The notes below the pieces were generated by a model. It saw only the letters and a list, made by a program, of their open reading frames with translations. It was not told the origin of the DNA and did not search any database. Shown here one piece after another: positions 1 through 9,218 of a DNA stretch of 64,000 nucleotides; the stretch's first letter is position 1, and each line of letters opens with the position of its first letter. The translations under genes and the position numbers were made by a program. Source of the stretch: an uncultured candidate division Zixibacteria bacterium (GTDB lineage: Bacteria > Zixibacteria > MSB-5A5 > UBA10806 > 4484-95); the NCBI GenBank assembly GCA_963668625.2, contig CAXXKA010000006.1, positions 64,001 through 128,000 on the forward strand, written 5' to 3'.

Positions 1-84
1 GATATCGTTAAATCCATGCTGAAAGATATCAAGATGGAGAACCGCCATCTGGAGGATTATATTGCCGGAAAATACCCAGCCTGA
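1..84 (+). CDS. 3' end of a CDS running in from the left edge (DIVKSMLKDIKMENRHLEDYIAGKYPA*), function unknown
   Basis: Open frame 1 to TGA at 82-84, followed by a terminator-like hairpin at 148-184. Confidence 0.55.
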   Translation, partial: DIVKSMLKDIKMENRHLEDYIAGKYPA

Positions 85-147
85 ACAGCACGATGATGCT
101 CCAGCTACAGATTGATAATAACATTTAAGTAAATTTCGACTTCGATT

Positions 148-184
148 CCATGGGATGCCTCAGTGCATCCCATGGCTATTTTAT
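148..184 (+). terminator. Probable intrinsic terminator
   Basis: 11-bp stem CCATGGGATGC/GCATCCCATGG with 6-nt loop, followed by CTATTTTAT. Confidence 0.65.
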
Positions 185-244
185 GGAAAGTCATTGAATA
201 TCCCTCGGACGAGAAGTATATTATTCACATACCAAGGAGGAATA

Positions 245-1438
245 ATGCTCAATTTTAAATTCGTGCTTCCCACGAAAATCATATTCGGCGCCGGTGAAAT
301 AAGCAAACTCGGCAAAGAGGCAAAATCTATCGGCAGTAAGCCGCTAATCGTGACCGGCAAAAGCTCTATGCGTAAAACCGGTATATTGGACAGGGTGTTG
401 AATTACCTGGGGGATGAGGGTATTACGGCCGTGTTGTTCGAGAAAATAGAACCTAATCCTCGGGCCGCAACAGTCGATATGGCCGGAGCTATCGCCCGGG
501 ATAAAGGCTGTGATATGATAATCGGCCTTGGCGGTGGCTCTCCCATGGATGCCGCTAAAGCTATCGCGGTAGTGGCCAAATCGAAAAGGCCGGTATGGGA
601 TCATATTTACTCCGGCGAGGGCGAGACATTCATCCCGGTTACCGAGGCGTTGCCCATTGTATGCATTCCGACGATCGCGGCTACCGGCAGCGAGGCAGAC
701 TCCGGCGGCGTGATATCCAACGAGGCGACCAACGAAAAAGCCGGCATATTCGGGCCGTCGCTTTTCCCGAAATTCTCGATTGTCGATCCCGAATTGACCG
801 TGACCTGCCCGGCGGATTACACCATCGACGGCGGTATCGATATCATGTCGCATGTGCTCGAAACGTATTTTACCAGTACCTCCAACGCTTATCTTCAGGA
901 TAGATTCGCCGAATCGATCTGCCGTACGGTAATGGCATACCTGCCGACAGCGGCGAAACATCCTGATAATATCGAGGCTCGTTCGCATCTCTCCTGGTGT
1001 TCCACGATGGCGCTTTCAGGGATCGTTAACCTCGGTCGTGGCGGCAATTTCCCGCTTCATGCGCTGGAACACGCGGTATCGGGGTATTACGATATCTCGC
1101 ACGGCCGCGGCCTGGCTTTACTGCTGCCGGCACTGATGGATTACACCGCGCCGGCTCGACCCGAAAAGTATGTCGAGATGGGAATTAACATACTCGGTAT
1201 GAGTTTCGCGACCGAGTCGACAGAGGATGCAGCCGCGCTAAGTATCGATGCCATGAAAGGCTTTTTAGCCTCGGTGGGCCGTCATCTACGGTTCTCCGAC
1301 CTGGGCATCGGCGATGAGAAATTCGAGGCTATGGCGGATGATACGATCAGGATATACGGTCGGGGCAAGCAATTTCTGGATAATCCCCGCCCCATTGACA
1401 GAGCCGGGATACTGGAGATATTCGGTAATTCGCTGTAG
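245..1438 (+). CDS. Iron-containing alcohol dehydrogenase (butanol dehydrogenase BdhA/YqhD-like)
   Basis: GLGGGSPMDAAK, PTIAATGSE, D..SH..E, HALEH and ISHGRGL metal-binding motifs; AAGGAGG SD places the start at 245 rather than 155. Confidence 0.92.
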   Translation: MLNFKFVLPTKIIFGAGEISKLGKEAKSIGSKPLIVTGKSSMRKTGILDRVLNYLGDEGITAVLFEKIEPNPRAATVDMAGAIARDKGCDMIIGLGGGSPMDAAKAIAVVAKSKRPVWDHIYSGEGETFIPVTEALPIVCIPTIAATGSEADSGGVISNEATNEKAGIFGPSLFPKFSIVDPELTVTCPADYTIDGGIDIMSHVLETYFTSTSNAYLQDRFAESICRTVMAYLPTAAKHPDNIEARSHLSWCSTMALSGIVNLGRGGNFPLHALEHAVSGYYDISHGRGLALLLPALMDYTAPARPEKYVEMGINILGMSFATESTEDAAALSIDAMKGFLASVGRHLRFSDLGIGDEKFEAMADDTIRIYGRGKQFLDNPRPIDRAGILEIFGNSL

Positions 1439-1566
1439 GAAATCAGTTTAATAATATCCCAGGCCGTGAATATGAAAGTGATTTGTAGAAAATAATACCA
1501 CTATAGCGAAGCTAATAATACTTTATTAGACAGAATCGAATAATCGAAACGGTTAGCCCAGCATCT

Positions 1567-1950
1567 TTACGAAACCGTTTCGGTTACCGAATCGTTATCG
1601 ACTTTGGCGTACTTCTGGATCGTGTGTTTCAGCTCCGATAAGTCCGGCGATTTGATTACGTAATCATCAGCTATCCAGCTCGAGAAATTGGCTTTGTAAG
1701 TAGAATAGGCCGAATTGAGAATTACCGGCAGATCGACGCGATGGTTTTTGATCTGCTCCAGCACCTCGAGTCCTTCAATCCCCTCCAGACGAATATCGAG
1801 TACCACCACATCCGGATTAGTAGCTTTGATCTGATCGAGCACCAGACGGCCATCGGCTATGCCGATTACATCATGACCGTCCTCCTCCAACTCGTTTTTG
1901 TATAGCTCCAGAAGATATTTTTCATCCTCCACAACTAAAACTTTGCACAT
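1567..1950 (-). CDS. Single-domain response regulator (receiver)
   Basis: VLVVEDE, VVLDIRL phospho-Asp, LNSA and YVIKS motifs; AAGGAGGT SD. Confidence 0.93.
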   Translation of the reverse strand: MCKVLVVEDEKYLLELYKNELEEDGHDVIGIADGRLVLDQIKATNPDVVVLDIRLEGIEGLEVLEQIKNHRVDLPVILNSAYSTYKANFSSWIADDYVIKSPDLSELKHTIQKYAKVDNDSVTETVS

Positions 1951-1998
1951 AAACTACCTCCTTCATGTTTTATGCCGCCCTTTTAATTTATCCCCTCA

Positions 1999-3669
1999 CT
2001 AATCGTCAAGCGAAGTCTGCTCCGCGGGGAGCTTTATCGAAAAAACCGAGCCTTTGCCCCGGCTGGAAGCCACATTAATGTATCCGCCATGGTCATCGAT
2101 AATTTTCTTTGAAACCGGTAAACCAAGGCCTGTTCCTCGATTTTTAGTAGTATAGAACAGATTGAACAAATTTGCAAGTCCTGAATTGTCGATTCCGTGA
2201 CCCGTGTCACTTATTTCCAGCACTACGTACTCTTTCTGCTGTATTGTTTTCACGGTCAGCTTGCCGCCGTTTCCCATGGCATCCACGGCGTTGTCAACGA
2301 TATTCAAGACTACCTGCTTCAATCTCTCCGGATCGGCTTTTATTTTCAATGACTTCTTACTTAACTTCCTATCTGTTTCAACTCCAAATGAGCTCAATTT
2401 GTTCTTCAATTGCTCCAATGAATCGTTAACGACATTATTTATATTACAACTCTTGATATTAAGTTTCGAGCTTCTCGAATATTCCAGAATTTCCGAGGTG
2501 ATATTGGAAAGTCTGTCGACCTCCTCGATAATCACTTTCACCATTTTCATATCGAATTTGTCAGTGCCGAACGTTTTAAATAACCGCCTGGCATAGCCAC
2601 CGATAGTGACCAATGGTATCCTGAATTCGTGAGCGATTTTAGTTGCCAACGTGCCGATGTCGGCCAGTCTCTCGTGACGGACGAGATATGCCTCGTTCTC
2701 CTTGATCAACTCGTTCATGTGTTCGAGTTGCTTGATCTTGATATATAGCTGATTGTGCAAAATAGCGTTTTGCAGTCCCGGCGCGCAGGCGTTGGCCAGC
2801 GATTTTAACGCCTCCAGCATCTCCGGAGTAACATCAAGGTTGGTGATGGCGTTATCGGCAATTACGATACCGAGAGGCTTACCCTCGGAGATAAGTGGTA
2901 CGATGGCGATGCGATTAGCGCTGGGCCACCATGAGAAGTCGATATCGGTGAATTGACCGACAGAGATATCGATTAGCTTTTCTTTCAGATCGTGTATGGT
3001 CTGAAGAAAGGGGTGCTCGGTTTCGGACGCCGTGATAATCACCTTATTGACCAATGTCTCGACAGCGCAGGGGATGAACTCATCCTCGATAAGAATCTCC
3101 TCCAGCAGGCGGTCAATCGGGATACGGGATATCTCCTCCCAAATCCTGCCTGCCTCCTCGAAATTCTCCGGGCCTATGGCACATTTGCCCTCGAGACTAC
3201 CTGTTTTGCCGTTATAGAGGAACACCGCCGCCCGATTGAATTTGAAAGCATCACCGGAGGTTGCGCCGGTTAAGATAATCCGCAGGCTCTTTTCGAGGCT
3301 GTCGCTTCTGGCTAATGTATCCGTGATATACTTTAACAAACTTAACTGATTTAAGCTCTGCTTGAGTTGATCGGCGGTTTCCTGAAGCCTTTGTTTTTTC
3401 AGGGATAGCTGCTCGAGTAGCTTAATCACAGTAGCCATAATGGCCTGATCGGCGGCTCGCCTACCGAAACCCCTCTCGGCTATTTTAGAGAATATCTCAC
3501 ACTGGTCGCATATCGCTATATCATCCTGGATGTTATCGCTGCCATCAATTATAGCCTGACTATTTTCGGGGTGTATAAGGGCCGATATCCAGCAAAGCTT
3601 ACCCATATATTTGGGGTGCCTGCATATAGCGTTATTATCCATTAGATCCTCTGTGTTTTGCTGATTCAT
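1999..3669 (-). CDS. Cytoplasmic GAF-domain sensor histidine kinase (start may be 3642)
   Basis: H-box IAHEFRIPL, N-box NIVDNAVDA, G boxes DTGHG and GTGLGL; GAF-like region (IVPLISEGKPLGIVIADN); no TM segment seen. Confidence 0.92.
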   Translation of the reverse strand: MNQQNTEDLMDNNAICRHPKYMGKLCWISALIHPENSQAIIDGSDNIQDDIAICDQCEIFSKIAERGFGRRAADQAIMATVIKLLEQLSLKKQRLQETADQLKQSLNQLSLLKYITDTLARSDSLEKSLRIILTGATSGDAFKFNRAAVFLYNGKTGSLEGKCAIGPENFEEAGRIWEEISRIPIDRLLEEILIEDEFIPCAVETLVNKVIITASETEHPFLQTIHDLKEKLIDISVGQFTDIDFSWWPSANRIAIVPLISEGKPLGIVIADNAITNLDVTPEMLEALKSLANACAPGLQNAILHNQLYIKIKQLEHMNELIKENEAYLVRHERLADIGTLATKIAHEFRIPLVTIGGYARRLFKTFGTDKFDMKMVKVIIEEVDRLSNITSEILEYSRSSKLNIKSCNINNVVNDSLEQLKNKLSSFGVETDRKLSKKSLKIKADPERLKQVVLNIVDNAVDAMGNGGKLTVKTIQQKEYVVLEISDTGHGIDNSGLANLFNLFYTTKNRGTGLGLPVSKKIIDDHGGYINVASSRGKGSVFSIKLPAEQTSLDD

Positions 3670-3714
3670 ATGTATGATAATAGGTAGATATATGAGATGT
3701 CAACTATTTTCATA

Positions 3715-3743
3715 TTGACAACGACAATTGAGGAATCTAAAAT
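3715..3743 (+). promoter_or_regulatory. sigma70-type promoter of nadC-birA, probably leaderless
   Basis: TTGACA-17 nt-TAAAAT; ATG 8 nt downstream with no SD. Confidence 0.7.
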
Positions 3744-3751
3744 AATGAACT

Positions 3752-4582
3752 ATGGATAAAATTAACAAACATGTTATCAGATTGGCCTATGAGGAGGATG
3801 TTAGAAACGGCGATATCACCTCGCTGGCGACCATAAAACGAACCGAAAGCGGTAAAGCCTACATCGTGGCGAAATCGGAGGGTGTACTTTCCGGCGTTGA
3901 GCCGTTTACCTATGCCATGGGATTATCCTCGAAAAAAATCAAGATCGATTTCAAAGTAATGGACGGCGGAAAATACAAACCCGGCAAGAAACTGGTTACG
4001 ATAGAAGGGCCGTCCCAGGCGATGCTGCGTGGTGAACGCCTGGCGCTGAACTTGATTTCTCATCTTTCGGGTGTAGCTACGCTGACCGCACGATTCGTGG
4101 CAAAAGTAAAAGGCACTAAAACAAAAGTACTCGATACCAGGAAGACCACTCCCGGCCTTCGCGTGATGGAGAAGGCGGCCGTACTGCACGGCGGTGGAGC
4201 AAACCATCGCATGGGGCTTTATGATATGGTGCTAATCAAGGATAATCATATCGCGGCGGTCGGAGGTGTCGATAAGGCGCTCGAGCGTGTGGCCGGCTTG
4301 AAATGTAAGATCGAGATAGAGGTTTCCGATTTGGCTGAATTGGAGATAGCGGCGCATTACTCACCTGATATTATCATGCTGGATAATTTCACCACAGCCA
4401 ACATGAAAAAAGCGGTGAGCTATATCAGGTCGCTTCGTAAAGGTATAAAGCTCGAGGTGTCCGGTGGTGTGAATCTCAGTAATATAAGCAGCTACGCGAA
4501 AACAGGCGTCGATTTCATCTCTATCGGAGCCCTGACCCATTCTGCACCGGCGGCTGATTTTTCGATGAAGTATATTCAATGA
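3752..4582 (+). CDS. nadC: Nicotinate-nucleotide pyrophosphorylase (quinolinate phosphoribosyltransferase)
   Basis: EED...GDITS, LDTRKTTPG, HRMGLYD, IKDNH, IMLDN, EVSGG, SIGALTHSA. Confidence 0.97.
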   Translation: MDKINKHVIRLAYEEDVRNGDITSLATIKRTESGKAYIVAKSEGVLSGVEPFTYAMGLSSKKIKIDFKVMDGGKYKPGKKLVTIEGPSQAMLRGERLALNLISHLSGVATLTARFVAKVKGTKTKVLDTRKTTPGLRVMEKAAVLHGGGANHRMGLYDMVLIKDNHIAAVGGVDKALERVAGLKCKIEIEVSDLAELEIAAHYSPDIIMLDNFTTANMKKAVSYIRSLRKGIKLEVSGGVNLSNISSYAKTGVDFISIGALTHSAPAADFSMKYIQ

Positions 4583-5577
4583 ACCAGCAGGTATACGAGG
4601 GCAAACCGGGACGAGCCGTAGATATCCTGGTACTGCTCAAGCGACACACCGATGAGTTTTTATCCTCGCGGGATATTGCCGAGGCTTTGAGTATCACTCG
4701 TAATAATGTCTATGATGCTATCGCTTACCTGCGGGAAAGCGGTTACGATATCGAAGCCAATCGTCGCGAGGGCTACAAGTTAATAAATATTCCCGATCTG
4801 CTTTCACCCGTGGAAATCGTCTCCGGTCTTCATACCCGTGAATTGGGCTACCGAGTTTATTCGTACAACACAGTTGGTTCAACCAATGATCTGGCGCACG
4901 ATCTCGCGAAATCTGGCTTTCCCCAGGGTACCCTGGTAGTCGCCGATTCGCAAACCCGAGGAAAGGGGCGTCTTGGCCGTCAATGGCATTCGCCAAGCGG
5001 CAAAGGATTGTATTTCAGCTTGATCGTCAGGCCGGAAATTCCACCGGATAGAATCGCGGGACTATCATTGGTAACTGGACTGGCGGTTATTCGAGCTATC
5101 AAAAAACTTTCAGGTATCGAAACCCAGGCCAAGTGGCCTAATGATGTACTGTATAAATCGAGGAAACTGGCCGGCGTGCTGGTTGAGATGGCCGCCGAAC
5201 TTGATCGGATCGACTATCTGATTATCGGCTGCGGCGTAAACGTGAAACATTTAAGGAAGGATTTCCCGTTTGGCCTTCAGATGAAAGCTACCTCTTTAAA
5301 AATGATTACGAAAAAGGATATATCCCGCGTTAACCTTCTGCAGGTTATATTAAAAGAGTTCGAAAGTCTGTATGATAATTTCATAGCGCATGGCTTTAAT
5401 TATGTGCGTGAGGAATTGGTCAACTGCTCGGCTATTATCGGCAAGCGTATTACACTACGTGTTGGCAAAACGAAAATCATAGGTAAAGTAACGGGTTTTG
5501 ATGATCTGGGGCAATTAGTAGTAAAAAGCAAAAAAGGTTTGATGTCGTATCCCGGCGGCGAGGTTATTCTTCATTAA
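4579..5577 (+). CDS. birA: Bifunctional biotin-protein ligase/repressor (type II BirA with N-terminal HTH)
   Basis: STND, QTRGKGRLGRQW, KWPND, KLAGVLVE; N-terminal HTH; ATGA overlap with nadC. Confidence 0.95.
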   Translation: MNQQVYEGKPGRAVDILVLLKRHTDEFLSSRDIAEALSITRNNVYDAIAYLRESGYDIEANRREGYKLINIPDLLSPVEIVSGLHTRELGYRVYSYNTVGSTNDLAHDLAKSGFPQGTLVVADSQTRGKGRLGRQWHSPSGKGLYFSLIVRPEIPPDRIAGLSLVTGLAVIRAIKKLSGIETQAKWPNDVLYKSRKLAGVLVEMAAELDRIDYLIIGCGVNVKHLRKDFPFGLQMKATSLKMITKKDISRVNLLQVILKEFESLYDNFIAHGFNYVREELVNCSAIIGKRITLRVGKTKIIGKVTGFDDLGQLVVKSKKGLMSYPGGEVILH

Positions 5578-6139
5578 TATCGTTATGGAAAATATTAGGT
5601 CTTTTTCTTTTTACGAATCCCCTGAATAAAATCACTGCTCCAATGATTATCAGTACTATCGGCCATACTTTCAAGCCGCCAATCGCTATCAAGTACAGCA
5701 CGAAAGATATGATAGAAAGCACCTTGATTGCCGAAAGCAGGTCTTTTTTCTGTTGAGGATTTTCTTTCGAGCCGAATTTATACATCGAGGCGAGTGATAT
5801 TACTATCGCGAATAAGAATGTCGGCCACAGATAGCGCATTGCCCGCCAACCGATAAAATTATTTATAGTGAACAGCAGGCCGAGGATGATCAGGTAAGTG
5901 CCGGGGAAAAGCATGCCCTCGTAACCGGGAGGTTTTTGCGAGCGAAGGAAATAAGCGGCATAGAATATCAGCCCGCCGGCTACCAGAAACAGCGGCCAAA
6001 AATCCGATATAAACCATTCGCCCATCAATTGGGCCATCAGCCAGATAGCGCCTAAGGTGATAAATAGTATGCCGATTACCAGTTGGCCCGGTTTAGGCCA
6101 TCTGTTCTTTATAATTTCCGGAGTATTGGGGTCATTCAT
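5564..6139 (-). CDS. Multi-pass membrane protein with WP repeats (LiaF/LiaI, DUF5668-like)
   Basis: About 6 hydrophobic helices with repeated FWPLFL, LWPTFL and VWPIVL. Confidence 0.65.
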   Translation of the reverse strand: MNDPNTPEIIKNRWPKPGQLVIGILFITLGAIWLMAQLMGEWFISDFWPLFLVAGGLIFYAAYFLRSQKPPGYEGMLFPGTYLIILGLLFTINNFIGWRAMRYLWPTFLFAIVISLASMYKFGSKENPQQKKDLLSAIKVLSIISFVLYLIAIGGLKVWPIVLIIIGAVILFRGFVKRKRPNIFHNDINEE

Positions 6140-6200
6140 ATTTATATTATCGAATCTATCGGGTAAACATTCAAGCCTTTTTTATAGAATGGCTGTTTTA

Positions 6201-6229
6201 TTGACAAAGATCAATCAATGAACTAAAAT
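6201..6229 (+). promoter_or_regulatory. sigma70-type promoter of murQ
   Basis: TTGACA-17 nt-TAAAAT. Confidence 0.65.
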
Positions 6230-6274
6230 ATTGACCGAAATGTACAACAAAGTTCAACCGGGAAGGATAACAAG

Positions 6275-7204
6275 ATGGAATTACCGCCGCTTGAGGGCAA
6301 AGAGTTGTTCGATTACCTTCAAAAGCTGATTACGGAGAAATCCAATCCCAAAAGCGAAGTCCTCGATAGATTGCAAACCTCGGAGATACTCGAGTTAATA
6401 AACGCCGAGGATGCAACTGTGGCTATTGCGGTTAATAAAGAGATTCGCAATATCGAAAGGGCGGTTGAGTTAATTTATGAGGCCATAAATAAAGGCGGTC
6501 GACTGATCTATATAGGCGCGGGTACATCCGGCCGGTTGGGAGTTCTCGATGCCGCCGAGTGTCCGCCGACATTCGGTACCGATCCCGGTCAGATAGTGGG
6601 CTTGATAGCCGGTGGCGCGCCTACGTTGATACGCTCAAAAGAGGGGATCGAAGATGATATCAATGCCGCCGAAAAAGATATCGCAGGATTGGATATCGGC
6701 TCTGGTGATATCGTAATGGGACTGACCTCCTCGAACAGAACACCTTATGTGTTAGCCGGGCTTAATAAAGCTAAGTCTCTGAGAGCGAGGACCATCCTTT
6801 TAAGCTGTAATCCTCGTAATGATGTTGATACAAATGACTATGATATTTACATTACACCTGTAGTTGGCCCGGAGGTACTGGCCGGTTCCACCCGGATGAA
6901 ATCGGCATTGGCCGAAAAAATGATACTAACCATGCTTACCACTACAGTTATGATCAAACTGGGTAAAGTGTATAAAAACATGATGGTTGACCTTCAGGCA
7001 ACCTCACAGAAATTGGTCGAGCGGTCGAAAAAAACAATCATGATGGCCATTGATTGCGATTACGATGCTGCCGGCCAATATCTCGAAAAGGCAGAGGGAC
7101 ATGTCAAATGCGCGATAGTTATGGCGAAAAAAGGCTGTAGTTTACCCGATGCCCGTAAATTACTCTTGTCTAGCGATGGCCATGTTCATAAAGCGATTGA
7201 ATGA
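6275..7204 (+). CDS. murQ: N-acetylmuramic acid 6-phosphate etherase
   Basis: GAGTSGRLGVLDAAECPPTFG, GPEVLAGSTRMK, NMMVD. Confidence 0.96.
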   Translation: MELPPLEGKELFDYLQKLITEKSNPKSEVLDRLQTSEILELINAEDATVAIAVNKEIRNIERAVELIYEAINKGGRLIYIGAGTSGRLGVLDAAECPPTFGTDPGQIVGLIAGGAPTLIRSKEGIEDDINAAEKDIAGLDIGSGDIVMGLTSSNRTPYVLAGLNKAKSLRARTILLSCNPRNDVDTNDYDIYITPVVGPEVLAGSTRMKSALAEKMILTMLTTTVMIKLGKVYKNMMVDLQATSQKLVERSKKTIMMAIDCDYDAAGQYLEKAEGHVKCAIVMAKKGCSLPDARKLLLSSDGHVHKAIE

Positions 7205-7356
7205 TATTTCATCTTGTAACGTTTGTATGGATAACTAACTATTTATGTGCCAACCAATTAATATCATTTGTTGAGTAATTAATCGCATTTATCATTACCC
7301 TCACTTTTAGTTTTATGACAAATTTATTGTCGGTTCATCCTGATACGGTTTTAGTT

Positions 7357-7383
7357 TGAAGTGTTAATCAGCAATGCCGATAA
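7357..7383 (+). promoter_or_regulatory. Putative sigma28 (FliA/SigD-type) promoter
   Basis: TGAA-15 nt-GCCGATAA versus consensus TAAA-N15-GCCGATAA. Confidence 0.5.
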
Positions 7384-7440
7384 AATATATGTATTGAATT
7401 ACTAGAAATATTATTGTTCATGGGGTAAATAGTAGGATTT

Positions 7441-9201
7441 ATGGAAACACAACTTGATTATCTGGGGCACGAGGTGGAGTCTTTCAAATCTCCTCACGCC
7501 AAGCAGGCTGTTACTTTTTTTAATCATCTGACAAAAGCCGTAAAAGCGAAACTCGTTTATCCGTCCAGCTCCAAACTTCCCGAACAATTCAAAAACGAGT
7601 TATTGGAGAAATTGCCTGAGATATTTACGGATATAGCTTCTCTCGATTATAAAATCAGTTCCAACTCTATCGAGTACGGTGATCAGGTCGTATATGAATC
7701 GAGCAGTCGGGCTGAGAATTTCGCTTATCTGTTTTTCCGGGATGGCCTGACCAACCTCAGATTTTCCGCCGATATCGATAACTGCGAACTGGTGCGATTC
7801 ATCGAACTACTGGCCCGGATACTTCGTACGGTATACATCGATGACGACCTGGCTACCCTTCTCTGGGAGGAGAATTTTCAATACATCACGTACGATTTAA
7901 TCGATGACGGATTGGATATCGATACGATCGAGTATTCCCCTGATGATTACAGATCGGGGAATGAGCTATCGAAGACCGATATAGAATCCGTGTATGTCGA
8001 GGAAGGCGAGATAGTTTTCAGCGAGGATGATTTCGTTCAGGCCGAACACGAGATTGGCCTTCGCCAAAAAGGTCAGGCGTACCGCCAGATGTCGCCGGAG
8101 TCGCATGATTTCCTGAACAGGATTTCCGAGATAACCGATGAGGAGAAAGCCGAGATAGCGGTACTGGTTGCCGAGGACGGCGAAATAAACAACACCGAAT
8201 ACCTGCTTACGATCATTTTTGAAATTCTTGGCGCCGAGGTCGAATTACCCGGTTACACCGAAACGCTTAATTTCATAGGTAAAGTATTGGATAACTTCAT
8301 AGACCAGGCGAATTTTGCGGGCGCCACCAAGCTGATGGCCAGACTGGAGGAGATGCAGGAAGGATTGGCGAAACTCAATAATCCGAGGGCGGAGAAGATA
8401 GCTAATTTCTTTCTAGAATGCGCCGCGGGCGATAAAATCAACAGGTTGACCGAGGCCGTGAACAAACATATTGACATAGATGCCGATGGACTGGTCGAAT
8501 ACTTGAAATTCCTACCCTGGGCGGTTATTGATCCGTTGGTTTCCTCGTTGGGAGAGTTGAAACATTTCAAGGGACGAAAAGCGTTTTGCGATGCTTTAAC
8601 CGAATTGGGACAGGGGCATGTCGATCTGGTTGCCCGCGGACTCGATGATGAGAGATGGTTCGTCGTTCGTAATGTCGTTATGATACTCGGTCAGATAGGC
8701 GCCTATAAAATACTGGGCCATCTGAAAAAGACGATTCGTCACCCGGACTATCGTGTGCGCAAAGAAACCCTTAAAGCGGCGGGATTAGTGAGATCGGATG
8801 AGAATGTTGATTTCATGATTTTGGCATTATCCGATGCCGACCATAAAATACAAATGAGCAGTTTGAATTATCTTATCGAACACAAGGTGACCAGGGCATT
8901 CAAAGCTGTTGAACATATAGTGAAAGACAAGAAATTCAAGGATAGACCGTCTGAGCAGGTTAAGCGATTCCTGGAGGCTTATGCAGCTCTGGGGCAGGAT
9001 CATGCGCTGCCTTTTTTAAAGCCATTGGCGGGAAAGAGCCTGTTTTTAGCCTCATCTAAAGATGAAAGGATGAAGTTTTTAGCTATCAGCGCGCTTGGTT
9101 ACGTTAAAACCAACGAAGGTAGAAAATTTTTAAACAGACTGGGCAAAACCAAGAAAAACAAAGTATCAGCCGCTGTTATGAGAGCGCTTCATTCCTCGTA
9201 A
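7441..9201 (+). CDS. HEAT-repeat protein with acidic N-terminal region
   Basis: HEAT-like repeats LDDERWFVVRNVVMILG, HPDYRVRKETLKA, LSDADHKIQ. Confidence 0.8.
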   Translation: METQLDYLGHEVESFKSPHAKQAVTFFNHLTKAVKAKLVYPSSSKLPEQFKNELLEKLPEIFTDIASLDYKISSNSIEYGDQVVYESSSRAENFAYLFFRDGLTNLRFSADIDNCELVRFIELLARILRTVYIDDDLATLLWEENFQYITYDLIDDGLDIDTIEYSPDDYRSGNELSKTDIESVYVEEGEIVFSEDDFVQAEHEIGLRQKGQAYRQMSPESHDFLNRISEITDEEKAEIAVLVAEDGEINNTEYLLTIIFEILGAEVELPGYTETLNFIGKVLDNFIDQANFAGATKLMARLEEMQEGLAKLNNPRAEKIANFFLECAAGDKINRLTEAVNKHIDIDADGLVEYLKFLPWAVIDPLVSSLGELKHFKGRKAFCDALTELGQGHVDLVARGLDDERWFVVRNVVMILGQIGAYKILGHLKKTIRHPDYRVRKETLKAAGLVRSDENVDFMILALSDADHKIQMSSLNYLIEHKVTRAFKAVEHIVKDKKFKDRPSEQVKRFLEAYAALGQDHALPFLKPLAGKSLFLASSKDERMKFLAISALGYVKTNEGRKFLNRLGKTKKNKVSAAVMRALHSS

Positions 9202-9218
9202 TATTAAGGAGCTATCGT

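Noticed and set aside
155-244. Longest-ORF starts for several genes (155, 10817, 12284, 16936, 24856, 35087, 60121)
   Set aside because: Downstream starts fit SD, signal-peptide or domain positions better; for example 155 lies inside a terminator hairpin
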